64,000 nucleotides of DNA from an uncultured Phycisphaerales bacterium (GCA_963766775.1 CAVYBP010000001.1:128239-192238); one strand, 5' to 3'; shown: positions 38,466 to 51,305, numbered from the stretch's first letter. The notes: generated by a model from the letters alone, not told the origin. Program-made: numbers and translations.

Positions 38466-38738
38466 TTGTGCGTGTGTGCGTGTGCGAATGAAGGGCGGTT
38501 GCATCGTTAGGAGCATCTTTCCACTGGCCATTCGAGGCCAGCGGAAAGATCACGGCGGAGGGCCGCCGTGCCACAATTATTTCGGAGCGTTGTTAGATGG
38601 TCGTCAATGGTAGAGGTCTCGTTGTGCGTGTCGTCTTGTGCGCGTCATCATGCGCGTCGTGTTAAAAATTCGCTTACGGCTGCTATACTCGCCGTTTTGA
38701 AACACCCTCGCCCCCAAACCCCCCATACGGAACCACTC

Positions 38739-41190
38739 ATGACGCTCACGCCGGAACAAACGCTCGAAGGACTCACCGCTCCGCAAGTTGCCGCCGCGAC
38801 TCACGTGGATGGGCCGCTGCTGGTTCTTGCCGGCGCGGGCTCGGGGAAGACTCGCACGATTACCCGCCGGATTGCGTATATGGTGGCGTGCGGTATTCCG
38901 GCGTACAACATTTTGGCGATTACGTTCACGAACAAAGCCGCGGGTGAAATGCGGGAACGCGTGGAGGCTCTTCTCAAGTCGGCAGGCCGCATGGGTAGGG
39001 GGGCTACGGTGTCCACATTTCACGCGCTCTGCGCCCGCCTGCTTCGCGAGTTCGCTGTTCATGCCGATCTTCCCAAGACTTTCTCTATTTTCGACAGCAG
39101 CGACCAGAGCAAAGCGGTCAAGCAGGCGATCAAGGACGTCAACCTGTCTGTCGATAATTTTCAGCCGGCTGCCGTGCTTCATGCGATCAGCAACGCCAAA
39201 AATAAATTGCAAAGGCCGGCTGCTTTTGCCGCAGGCTTCGGGCGGCTTTTTTGAAAAGAACGTCGCGCGAGCCTATATCCGTTACGAGCAGATTCTTGCC
39301 GAAAATAAGGCTGTCGATTTTGATGATCTGCTTCTTAAGATGGCGATCATGCTTCGTGATAATAAGGAAGTCCGCGAGCAGCTTCAGGAGCGATTTCAGT
39401 ACATCCTTATCGATGAGTATCAGGACACCAACCACGCCCAGTTTATCCTCGCCCACATGCTTGCCATGAATCACAAAAATATCTGTGCCACCGGCGACCC
39501 GGACCAGTCGATCTACGGCTGGCGCGGCGCAAACATCAATAACATTCTGGAATTCGAGCAGTTTTATCCCAATGCCAAGGTCGTTCTGCTGGAGCAAAAT
39601 TACCGTTCCACCAAGATCATCCTCGAAGCCGCCTCCGCGCTTATTGCCAACAATTCCAAGCGCAAGAAGAAGGACCTCTGGACCGAAAACGAAGACGGCC
39701 CAAAGATTCAAATTCTTCGCTGCAACGACGAGCATCAGGAAGGCGACGGAAGTCATCCGCCGCCTCAAGGACCAGCACGACCAGACCATGGCCTCGGCTG
39801 GGACAAAATGGCACATCTTTTACCGCGTCAATTCGCTCTCTCGCGTGCTCGAAGACGCCCTCATGAAACAAGCGATCCCCTACCAGATCGCCCGCGGCAC
39901 CGAGTTCTACGCCCGCAAGGAAATCAAGGACGTTCTCTCCTACCTCCGCGTCATCTCCAACCCGGGCGACAATCTCTCCCTCGAACGCATCATCAATGTT
40001 CCCGCCCGCGCCCTCGGCGACACCAGCGTCATCAAAATCCAGGCCTATGCCTCCCAACAACGCATCTGCCTCCTCGATGCCTGCCGCGCATCGCCGACCA
40101 AGTTCCCGAACTCACCCCCCGCGCCGCTCAACGCCGCCAAAAAACTCGCCGCCCTTTTCGACACACTGGCAGCAAACTCGATCGCCGCCACGCGTGGCCT
40201 CGGCCCCGAACTCTGCACCGCCGGCATCTCACGGACGATCCCCTCTTCGACGCCTTGCGTTCCTGCCAACTCCGATGATGATCTCTGGACGTTCCACCCG
40301 AAGTCCGACCAAGACTCAAGACTCGAGACTCGAAGACCCACCCCTCCGCACCGGCGTTTCTCATCCCTCGGCGGCATCCGCGGCCTCATGGAGCGCGTCG
40401 TCAAAGAATCCGGCATTCGAAGACGACCACAAAAAGCAGGATGCGACGGCGACAGAAACCGGCAACGACCGCCTCGCCAACATCAATGAATTGATCACCG
40501 TCGCCGCCGAATTCGATGTCGCAAAATCCCGAAGGCACCCTCGACGATTACCTCCAGCAAGTCACCCTCGTCTCCGACGTCGACAAAATAAAAGACAGCC
40601 GGCGGAGCCGTCACCCTGATGACCCTCCACGCCGCCAAAGGCCTCGAATTCCCCTTCGTCGCCATGGTCGGCATGGAAGACGGACTGATCCCGCACGCCC
40701 GCGCCATCGGCTTCAACTCCAACCCGACGAAATGGAAGAAGAACGCCGCCTCGCCTTCGTCGGCATCACCCGTGCCATGAAACAGCTCGTCCTCTCCCAT
40801 GCCCGCTACCGCATGATCCGCGGCCAAACCGAACGCACCATCGCCTCCCAATTCCTTAAGGAAATGCCCGACGAGTGCTTCCAGGAACTCGACCTCACGG
40901 GCGAAGAATTCGGACTTCGGCAGCGTCGGCTACCGTGATGAATCCTCGTACGGCCGCCGCGCCAGCAGGAACGCCGCCAATATCGAATCGGCCTCGCAGC
41001 GCCGCAGGCGGACGCGATGGCGGGCGAATTCAAGCGAGGGTCATTGGTTCGCCATCCGCAATTTGGACTTGGACGAATTGAGGAAATCACACCGGCGGGA
41101 ACCATGACTAAAGCGATTGTGCAGTTTCAGGGGATGGGGAAGAAGACGTTGATTTTGCAATATGCGAGATTGGAAAAAGTGGATGCTTAA
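38739..41190 (+). pseudogene. uvrD: UvrD/PcrA-type DNA helicase II, at least 6 frame disruptions as assembled
   Basis: Fragments are 38568..39254, 38788..40278, 39485..40489, 39996..40619 and 40516..40938, plus a tail to TAA 41188..41190. Motifs: [61 protein letters not shown]. Confidence 0.88.
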
Positions 41191-41223
41191 TGTTCGTCGA
41201 TGGAGGCAATGGCACCCGGGTTT

Positions 41224-44200
41224 TTACTCCACGTTAAAATATTTTGCATCCGCATGATGCGTGACCAGTGCGCTGGTTGATTGCTCCGGCGTGATGAAAT
41301 AATTCTCCGTCAATGCCGCATCCGATTCGCTCCGGCTCCAGCAGTTTGAACAGTTTGATCTCATCTTCCAGCTCGGGGCAGGCGGGATATCCGAAGCTGT
41401 ATCGGCAGCCCTGATAGCGGCACGCAAACAGGTCGCGCATCGTGGTGCCGTCGTTCACGGCGATGCCGAGCTCCTGCCGCACTCGTTTGTGCCACATCTC
41501 CGCCAGCGCTTCCGCCATCTGCACGCCGATTCCGTGCATGTACAGATATTCCGTGTAATCGCCCGCCTCGCGCAAGCGAGTTTTCATACACGCTGATGTC
41601 CGGCCCCATCGTCACGCACTGGAATGCCACGACATCCATCACGCCGGATTCCTCGCGGCCTGAAAAAGTCGGACAGGCACCAGCGCTTCTTGGCTGTCTG
41701 CCGCGGGAAATGGAACCGAAGCCGCTCGGTTTTCTGATCGTCCTGATAAATCACCAGATCGTTCTTATCCGCCTGGCAGGGGAAATAGCCGTAGACGACG
41801 CCCGGCTTCAAAATTCGCAGCTCGCGCACCTTTGCCTTGATCCGCTCATAAATCGGCTGGACTTTTTCCTGGGTCCACGCCCGGAACGCATCCCGCTCCA
41901 TCACTCCGCTCTTGAATTGCCACTGTCCGCGGAAGAGCGCCACCTCATCGATGTACGGGAAAATCTGATCGACGGGAATATCGTTCACGACGCGCGTGCC
42001 GAAAAACGGGCGGCTCGGGCACGGGGCGTCGCGCTCGAATATCCGACACCGCGAAATCCGCCATCGACGGTCCCACCGGCATGCCGTCCTCATTGTTCAT
42101 CTTGTCGCCGACCACAGCCGACAACGGCGGCAATCCGCCTCCGCAGTACAGTACCGCACGATCGTCTACCACGCCCGTTTGCACCAGCATCTCCTTGGTC
42201 TTCCCGGTGCAGATCGCATCCATCACGCGCAGCCCTTCAAACGCATCCTTCCCGAAAAATAGCGGGCCTTTATAAATGCCGCGCAGATCGGCCTCCACGT
42301 ATTTCCGCGTCAGCGCAGCGCCGCCCAGGATCACCGGGAATGCCAGCCCCTGCCGATTCAACTCCGCCAGATCGTCCTTCATCACCAGCGTCGATTTCAC
42401 CAGCAAGCCGGACAGCCCCACCGCATCCGCGCCGACTTCTTTCACCTTCTCGATCACATTTTGGATCGGCTGCTTGATGCCGATGTTGTAAACGGTGAAG
42501 CCGTTGTTTGTGAGGATGATGTCGACAAGATTCTTGCCGATGTCATGCACATCGCCCTTCACCGTCGCCAGCACCAGTTTGCCGCGCGACTGCCCGTCGA
42601 CCTTCTCCATGAACTTCTCAAGATGCGCCACGGCGGACTTCATCACCTCCGCGCTCTGCAGCACGAAAGGCAACTGCATCTGCCCGCTCCCAAACAACTC
42701 GCCCACCACCTTCATCCCCGCCAGCAGATGATCATTGATGATGTCCAGCGGCTTGTATTTCGCCCGCGCTTCCTCCAGATGCTCCACGAGTTTCTGTTTG
42801 TCGCCATCAATGATGTGCCGCTGCAATTTCTCCTCGATCGGCAAGTTTTCCGTTTCCGAAGCTGGCGCCGCCTTCTGCTCATTCCCTAGCATTCGACAGC
42901 AGTCCGAGCGGGTTGATAGCCCTCGTGCGCGCGGTCATAAATCAAATCCATCGCCCATTGATAATGCTCGGGATTGATCTTGTTCTGCGGCAAAATCTTG
43001 CTCGCATGCACAATCGCGCTGGTCAGCCCCGCCTTCACGCACTCATTAAAAAAGGCCGAGTTGATCACCAGCCGCGCATAAGGCTTCAATCCGAACGAGA
43101 CATTGGAGAGCCCGAGCGTCGTGTGGCAGTTCGGAAATTCCGTCGCTGATGCGCTTGATGCCGTCGATGCGTTTCAATCGCCAGCCGCCGGACTTCTTCC
43201 TGGCCGGTGACGACCGGAAAAATCAGCGGATCAAAATAGATATCGGTTTCGGGAATGCCGTACTTACCGGTCAGCATCTCATACAGCCGCCGGGCGATTT
43301 CGAACTTGCGGTCGGCGGTTTTGCCCATCGCTTCGATCTTGTCTTCATCAATCGTGCCCGCCACGACGCCCGCGCCATAGCGCTTGAGCAGGTAGCACAT
43401 TTTCGCGAGCTTTTCCTCGCCATCTTCCAGATTGATCGAGTTGACGATGCACTTTCCCGGCGCGGCTTTCAGGCCCGCCTCGACGACATCCAACTGCGTC
43501 GAATCAATCATCAGCGGTGCCGTGACATCTTTGGCAAACCGCTGCACGACCTTCGTCATGTCCGGCACGCCATCGCGGCCGACATAATCCACGCACACAT
43601 CGACGACGTGCGACCCTTCCTTCACCTGTTCGCGCCCGATGGCGGCACAGGTGTCGATATCCTCCGCGATGATCGCTTCCTTGAACTTTTTCGAGCCGTT
43701 GGTGTTCGTCCGCTCGCCGACGATCAGAATCGACAAATCCTGCCGGGCGTTCACCGCGGAATAGAGCGACGACACCATCGCGTTCGCCGCCGTCGGCTTG
43801 CGTCCAAACGCCTCGCGCGTCTTCGGCTCGACATTCCTTCAAGCGCCTCCGCCACCAGCTTGATATGCGCGGGCGTCGTCCCGCAGCATCCGCCCGCGAT
43901 GTTGATCCCGAACGTCTTCACAAAATCGACATGCGCCTTCGCCAAGCTCCTCCGCCGACAGCGGAAAGTGCGTATGCCCCTCATGCAGCACCGGCAGGCC
44001 GGCGTTTGGCTGCACGCTGAAATACCGCGTGCACTGATTGCTGAGCACCTCCACATGTTGCCGCATCAATTCCGGCCCGGTCGCGCAGTTCATTCCGAGC
44101 ACGTCAATGGGCAACGCCTCGAGCGCCACGATCGCCGCGGCCATTTCGGTGCCCAGCAGCATCGTGCCGGTCGTCTCCATCGTGACCTGCACCATCAGCG

Positions 44201-44821
44201 GCATGCGTCGGTTTTTCTCGCGCATCGACATCCAGCGCCGCGGTCGCGGCGATTTTCGCGACGTTCAGATCAAACTGGGTTTCGATCAGAATGGCATCGA
44301 CGCCGCCGTCGATCAGCCCGCGCATTTGTTCCGCGTAGGAATCGAGCAGCGTGTCGTAATCGATATGGCCGAGCGTGACCGCCTTGGTGCCCGGCCCAAT
44401 GGATCCCGCAACAAACCGCCGTTTCCCGTCCTTAAACCGTGCCGCCGCCCGCCGCGCCACCTTCACGGCCGCCACGTTCATTTCATAGGTTTTGTCGGCC
44501 AGGCCAAACTCCGCGAGCACCACCTTGTTGGCGCCGAACGTGTCGGTCTCGACGCAATCGGACCCCGCCGCGAAATAGCGGGCATGAATCTCCTCCACGA
44601 CATCCGGCCGGCTCAGCACCAGCACATCGACGCAATTTTCCTTGTCCCAAAAATCTTTCAACGACAGATCGAACGTGAAAATCTGGGTTCCCATCCCGCC
44701 ATCAAAAATCATTACGCGCTCGCTGCAACAGATCGAGGAATGCCGACTCGCCCGGCTTCATCGGGGCGGAAAATCGCGCATCCGTCAGATATTTCTCCAA
44801 CGACTCCAGATCATGAATCAT
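41224..44821 (-). pseudogene. metH: cobalamin-dependent methionine synthase, about 10 frame disruptions as assembled
   Basis: Ordered fragments: 44104..44712 (homocysteine-binding domain), 43839..44231, 43751..44056 (GGCCGTTP), 43086..43778 (pterin-binding), 42886..43089, 41945..42892 (B12 domain, DVHDIGKN), 41584..42093, 41361..41642, 41234..41587, 41224..41427 (AdoMet activation domain, ..AKYFNVE stop). The ATG at 44821 precedes a first shift near 44716. Confidence 0.9.
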
Positions 44822-44886
44822 TCGCCAAATCCAATGCCATGCAAACTCCCACATGCCCGAACTGCACGGGCGAGATTTCAAATATC

Positions 44887-46077
44887 TTACTCGTCCGACT
44901 TCGCGGCATCGCCCAGCGGATGCGCTCGCTTCACGCCTTCAGATACTTCGGACGAACTTGTACCTTCATCCGCGACCTCTCGTTCAGCCGGCTTGACGCA
45001 TTCCCGCTCCAGCCGTTGCTTTCCGATAAAATTCCCGCCGAATGCCTTGCCCGCGTTCCGCCCCGTCGGCGGCACGAACGGCTTCTTGCCCTTTCGCTCC
45101 GGCCGTTCCTGGAATTTCTTAAACCGCTTCTCCTCGGCAGTGAGCGAGCTCTTCTTCGGCGTGGTGGCTTCAACTTCGCCTCCGCCGCCTCGCGTCTCCA
45201 ATCGCTTGCGCTCCTTCTCCATCTCCTTGGCTTCGTACCATGCTTGTGTTTCCGCTTGCTGCTCGCCGTGGTATTCCTTCGAGCTTGCGTGATACAGCCA
45301 TTTCACTTCCTTCTGGGTCATTGGCCGATACTCGCCGGGATCGAGCCCCTTCGTCGTCAACTTCTCCGCAATCGCCACGCGGTTCAGGTCGCGCACCACA
45401 TGTCCGATCCTCGCCATCACGCGGCGAATTTCGCGGTTCTTGCCCTCCGCCACGTTTAGTTCCAGGATGGTGCGCCCGCGTTCGCGTCCGACCAGCTTGA
45501 TTTTAAATCGCTCTGTCTTCACGGCACCGCGTCCGCCGCCGGTCCCCGCGGGCCGATCAGGTCCAAGCCAGATGCCGCGCTTGATCTTCTCCAAATCGTC
45601 ATGCCCGATGCGCCCGTCGACCTCGACGATGTACGTCTTTTCGACGCCGTAGCGGGGATGCGTGAGCCGATTCGCCAACTCGCCGTCGTTGGTCATGATG
45701 AGGGCGCCGCGCGAATCCATCTCCAGCCGCCCGACGGGAAACACGCGCTCCTTCACGCCTTCCATCAACTCATTGACCGTCTTCCGCTCTGACGGGTCAT
45801 AATTAGTGACCAAGATCCCCTTGGGCTTGTTCAGAAGGAAATAAACTTTCGCCTGCTCCTTCAGTGCCCCCTCGCTGCCGCCGCCTGCGCCCTCCATTCC
45901 AATCTCTTCCTCATCCACGGTGACGACGTCTTTCTCGGCCTCGACCATCACCGGCATCTTGGTGAGCACCTGACCGTTCACGCGCACGCGCCCGCCCGCG
46001 ATCATCGCCTCGCACTCGCGCCGTGACGCGACGCCACAATCCGCCATAAACCGCTGCAGTCGAATCTTTACCGCCAT
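44887..46077 (-). CDS. rluB: 23S rRNA pseudouridine synthase (RluB/RsuA family) with long basic C-terminal tail
   Basis: S4 domain IRLQRFMADCGVASRRECE..I..GRV.VNG. Catalytic context VFPVGRLEMDSRGALIMTNDGELANRL.HP. Confidence 0.88.
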   Translation of the reverse strand: MAVKIRLQRFMADCGVASRRECEAMIAGGRVRVNGQVLTKMPVMVEAEKDVVTVDEEEIGMEGAGGGSEGALKEQAKVYFLLNKPKGILVTNYDPSERKTVNELMEGVKERVFPVGRLEMDSRGALIMTNDGELANRLTHPRYGVEKTYIVEVDGRIGHDDLEKIKRGIWLGPDRPAGTGGGRGAVKTERFKIKLVGRERGRTILELNVAEGKNREIRRVMARIGHVVRDLNRVAIAEKLTTKGLDPGEYRPMTQKEVKWLYHASSKEYHGEQQAETQAWYEAKEMEKERKRLETRGGGGEVEATTPKKSSLTAEEKRFKKFQERPERKGKKPFVPPTGRNAGKAFGGNFIGKQRLERECVKPAEREVADEGTSSSEVSEGVKRAHPLGDAAKSDE

Positions 46078-46090
46078 GAATCGGTTCCTT

Positions 46091-46489
46091 TTACTTCAGC
46101 AAGGCGACAAAACCCGCCTGCTCAAAATGATGATCCGCTGTGAGTGCCTCGCGGACATCAAATTCCCGCATGATCTCGAAAGAGATGCAGTCCGTTAGCG
46201 ACCATTCTTTGTCAGCACGAGAGCGATGCAGATCCAAGCCCCGACGAAACCACTCATTTGATGCCGGCACGACCAGTCTTTCTTGATAATTTTCCAATTC
46301 GGTGATGATTTCACAGGCCCGCGCACGGTCAGAGACGCCGCTAAAAGCGGCGGCGAATTCAACAAGCACCCACTGAGAAGTTAAAAGTTGCGCCGGCGTC
46401 GCGGCCAACGCACGTGCTTGGGCGTGATATTCGTCTTTCGCTTGATAGAGGGCGATGAGGAACGAGGTATCTATGTAACGATGGATCAC
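46091..46489 (-). CDS. vapC: PIN-domain toxin VapC
   Basis: IDTSFLIAL start and the acidic PIN residues (..SLTDCISFEIM.., ..ALTADHHFEQAGF). 4-bp overlap with the upstream small gene. Confidence 0.88.
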   Translation of the reverse strand: MIHRYIDTSFLIALYQAKDEYHAQARALAATPAQLLTSQWVLVEFAAAFSGVSDRARACEIITELENYQERLVVPASNEWFRRGLDLHRSRADKEWSLTDCISFEIMREFDVREALTADHHFEQAGFVALLK

Positions 46490-46725
46490 TGTCCCGCCTC
46501 GCGTTTGGGTGTACCGTAAAGATAATGGTCATGATTTCTCGCGTAGTCCGAGGGATAGACGCCCTTCGCCGTGCCTGCGAAGCGCATGAGCAGGTTGTTG
46601 AATGGTTCCTGAGGGCCTTCCGCTTTTCGAGGACTATATTGCACATCGACGGTCGCTCCTTCGGGCAGGAGGCCGTCCTTTACGATAACAACACCGTTTC
46701 GCACGACGCCGCGGTATAAGATCAT
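46486..46725 (-). CDS. VapB-type antitoxin (DUF104-like N-terminus)
   Basis: 79 aa. GVVRNGVVIVKDGLLPEGATVDV has a beta-rich DUF104-like start, and the C-terminal ..NHDHYLYGTPKR occurs in similar antitoxins as I recall. Translationally coupled to vapC. Confidence 0.7.
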   Translation of the reverse strand: MILYRGVVRNGVVIVKDGLLPEGATVDVQYSPRKAEGPQEPFNNLLMRFAGTAKGVYPSDYARNHDHYLYGTPKREAGQ

Positions 46726-46756
46726 GCTTCACCTCGCAATCTTGAGTCTTTACGTT

Positions 46757-47846
46757 CTAACCCAATTCTACCGCGCCGCCGGGCAATCTCGCCTCGAGCC
46801 ACGCACAATCCGTAATCGTCTTGATCTTCGCATTTTTCATCCCTGCCGGAAGCAGCAATGTCTCGCCGCTCACGAAGGCAGTGGGGGGGAACCCTTCGAC
46901 CTGAATAACGCCCTGCCCCTCCAGCACGATCCACACTACCGGCTCGCTGTAGGGAATCTCCTGCTCGAAATCCTGCACCATCCGCACGCGCTCCAGCGTG
47001 AAATAATCGCATGTCACCAGCCGCGTCACCGTGGTGAACAAACTTCCCACGTGACTCTTCGCGCCGCTGCCATCGGATTCTCCCCCGCCAAAATCAATGC
47101 ACGCCAGAGCTTCGTCGATATGCAGTTTCCGACCTTTCCCGTCCGGCCCCAGGCGATTCCAATCAAACACGCGGAAGGTCGTATCGCTTGGCGTCTGCAC
47201 CTCCGCCGCCAGAATTCCCGCGCCCAGCGCATGCACCGTCCCGCTCTTCAAATAATGACAGTCGCCGGCTCGCACCTTGATCGCATTCAACAACGGCTCA
47301 ACCTCGCCGCTGCTCCAGTGCCGCCCGAAACGCCTCTCGCGTCACTCCCTTCTTCACGCCCTTATAAATTTTCGCCCCGGGCTCCGCGTGCATCACATAC
47401 CACGCCTCGCTTTTCAAATGGGCCTCGGGATGCTCCGCGCAATACGCCTCATCCGGATGCACCTGCACCGACAAATCCTGCTGTGCATCCAAAAATTTAA
47501 TCAACAGCGGAAAATGCCCGTGATTCAATTGCGCGTTGCCCATGATGAGGGTCTGCAATTTTGAATCAGAAATCAGATCGTGCAGATTTCGTCCCGCCCA
47601 CTCCCCATTGGTAATCACGCTGGCCAGCGACCCATCGCTTGCCGCCCCGGCGGAATCACCCTTCACCGTTCCCGCGGGCAAATCCGCCAACTCCCACGCC
47701 TCGCCGACCGTTGCCCCCTCTGTGGGCTTGTGGAGCAGCGCGCGAGCCGCTTTCCTCCCCAGATACGATCTTGAAACACGGGCCGAAATTTTAACGGATA
47801 CATCGCACACCTTTTTGGAATTCAGAACTCCGCATTCAGAATTCAT
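46757..47846 (-). pseudogene. manA: class I mannose-6-phosphate isomerase, one frameshift as assembled
   Basis: 47298..47846 (GEAWELAD, FPLLIKFLDAQQDLSVQVHPD, SEAWYV) and 46757..47293 (GDCHYLKSGTVHALGAGILAAEVQTPSDTTFRVFDW). The frames join near 47295. Confidence 0.85.
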
Positions 47847-48181
47847 CGCGCCTTTACCTCAACCCGCCGGCCATCCGGATCGCGGACCACAAACATCCGC
47901 CCGAGTTCGGTATCACGCACATCGCGGGGGGCGAACTGGTTCCGCCGCATCAATGTGTGCAGCCCTTCCAATTCTCCGGTGATGAATCCAAGCCCCGTCT
48001 GATCGGCCACCGCGCCTTTGCGCGGGTAAATCTCAAACACGCCCGAATCATCCGTCGCTGAATAATGGATTGGCCCGTTTCCGTGCTGCTCCTGGACAAA
48101 CGTCATCCCGAACAGCTCGTAAAAAGCCTTCGCCCGCTCAATATCCCCGCAACGCAATACCAGTAAATTTAAAGTTCGCAT
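47843..48181 (-). CDS. VOC (glyoxalase/bleomycin-resistance) family protein
   Basis: 112 aa. LVLRCGDIERAKAFYE.FGM.F and a C-terminal ..FVVRDPDGRRVE. Confidence 0.78.
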   Translation of the reverse strand: MRTLNLLVLRCGDIERAKAFYELFGMTFVQEQHGNGPIHYSATDDSGVFEIYPRKGAVADQTGLGFITGELEGLHTLMRRNQFAPRDVRDTELGRMFVVRDPDGRRVEVKAR

Positions 48182-48227
48182 ACGTTCCCTTGAATGAGGC
48201 CTGTGATTCTTCTATCATTCTATCCGG

Positions 48228-49322
48228 ATGAACGGATCATTGCCAGAGACAACTTCGTCCCGGACTTCACCCGGAACGCGCAATTCTACGCCAAACGGCG
48301 GCCCGGGGCACCTCATCGAGCTGCTCCGCACCCTTGCCGATCCCATCCGTCTGCGCATCATGCGGCTCCTTGAAGCACAGCCCCAGCACGCCGCCTCCGG
48401 GGGCCTGTCGGTCGGCGAGCTTGGCGATATCCTCAAACTCCCGCAATCCACGGTGTCCCGCCATCTCAAAACGCTCGCCGACGCCGACCTCGCCGACGCC
48501 CGCCGCGAAGGCACGAGCATGTTCTACAAACTCTCCGAAGCCGCCACGCACAACGCAAGCAAACAACTCCGCACCCTCGCCCGCGCGCACCTCGATCACG
48601 ATCCCATTGCAAAAACCGACACCCATCGCCTGGCCGCCGCCCTCCGCAAGCGCGACGCCGCCAACCGGCACGATTCTTTCTTCGGCAAGCATGCGCCGCA
48701 GTGGGACCAGCTTCGCACACAATGGTTCGGCGATACCTTCCATCTGGAAGCGCTCCTCGCATTGCTCGACCCCGCCTGGACCGTCGCCGACATCGGGACG
48801 GGTACTGGTGCGATGCTCCCTCTTCTCGCCCCTCACGTCGAAAAAATAATCGCCATCGATCCCACGCCTGCCATGCTCAAAGGTGCCCGCGCGCGTGTTC
48901 GCGAACTCGATCTCTCCAACGTCGATATTCGGCAAGGCACCGCTGAATCGCTTCCGGTTGAAGATGCCTCGGTCGACGTCGCGCTGCTTGCCCTCGTCCT
49001 TGCGTACACCACCGATCCTCAAGTCGTGCTCCGCGAGGCCGCTCGTATCCTCAAGCACGGCGGCATCCTCCTCGTCATCGACCTCCAACCTCACAACGTC
49101 GATCTCTTCCGTGAAAAACTTAATCACCGCTGGATGGGCTTTCCACAAAAACAACTCAACGACTGGCTCGCCGCCGCGAATTTCACGCACATGCGGTGGC
49201 ACCCGCTCGCCGCCCAAGCGGCACGCTCCAAGAGCCGTCCTCATGGCACCCACCGTGCCGATGCCACCACTCCTGTCCCGGACCTCTTCGTCATGCGCGC
49301 GGAGGCAATCAAAAATGTCTGA
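48228..49322 (+). CDS. ArsR-family HTH fused to a SAM-dependent methyltransferase-like domain (SahR-like regulator)
   Basis: LADPIRLRIMRLL....LSVGELGDILKLPQSTVSRHLKTL is the ArsR HTH. VADIGTGTGAM and VDVALLALVLAY are the class I MTase fold. ahcY lies 0.7 kb downstream. Confidence 0.82.
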   Translation: MNGSLPETTSSRTSPGTRNSTPNGGPGHLIELLRTLADPIRLRIMRLLEAQPQHAASGGLSVGELGDILKLPQSTVSRHLKTLADADLADARREGTSMFYKLSEAATHNASKQLRTLARAHLDHDPIAKTDTHRLAAALRKRDAANRHDSFFGKHAPQWDQLRTQWFGDTFHLEALLALLDPAWTVADIGTGTGAMLPLLAPHVEKIIAIDPTPAMLKGARARVRELDLSNVDIRQGTAESLPVEDASVDVALLALVLAYTTDPQVVLREAARILKHGGILLVIDLQPHNVDLFREKLNHRWMGFPQKQLNDWLAAANFTHMRWHPLAAQAARSKSRPHGTHRADATTPVPDLFVMRAEAIKNV

Positions 49323-49948
49323 CCTCCCCCCCCCCCCCATTTCCCCCATTCCCCTCGCCCGCTCCACATTGGCCTGGACTTTGACGACACGCTCATGCCC
49401 ACGCGAGAAGCCCTCGTCGCGCTCCTCAACCAGCTCCACGCCACCGACATTCGTGTTCAGGACTGCGACGACTACTATCTGTTCGAGCCATGGCGGCTGA
49501 CCGAATCCCAGTTCCACACCATGTTCAACACCCACGAAGAGAGCATTCACGCCCAGCTTCCCCTTGAGGGTGCCCTTGATACGCTTCGCGCCTGGTCGCC
49601 CCATGCCCGTTTCACCGTCATCACGGGCCGCCCCGAATGCTGGATCCCCTCCGCGACGCGCTGGCTCGAACAACACCAGGTGCCCATCGTCGAAATCATC
49701 TCCGCCAAATCCGCTGGGGGAAAAGGTGCAGTCGCGCCAACCTTGCCCTGGATTTCTTTATTGAAGACCACGCCCCGTTCGCTAGGGAAATCGCCGACGC
49801 CGATATCCCTGTGTTCCTTCTCGACCGCCCCTACAACCGCTCCCTCACCCATCCGGGCATCACTCGCGTAAAAGGCTGGCATGAAATCCGCGAGCAGGCC
49901 GCCACCCGCTTCAATCTTTCTCAACTATCTCCATCGCTATCCCCTTGA
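49315..49948 (+). pseudogene. HAD-superfamily 5'(3')-deoxyribonucleotidase-like (NT5C-like) protein, out of frame at a C13 tract and again near 49720
   Basis: HAD motif I (LHIGLDFDDTL) sits in the frame of ORF 49395..49871, upstream of its first Met. The only ATG (49315) is in another frame, across the C13 run 49326..49338. The C-terminal part (DFFIEDHAPFA...VFLLDRPYN) is in ORF 49637..49948. Confidence 0.65.
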
Positions 49949-50006
49949 CCTGTGTTCTCAGTGTCCTCTGTGGTTAAAAAATAACGTTCAAATAAAAGAT
50001 TTCTGA

Positions 50007-51305
<1,299 letters not shown>

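Noticed and set aside
44822-44886. Cobalamin riboswitch or other leader upstream of metH.
   Set aside because: Only 65 nt separate the rluB stop from the metH start, which is too short for a B12 riboswitch. metH is more likely co-transcribed with rluB.
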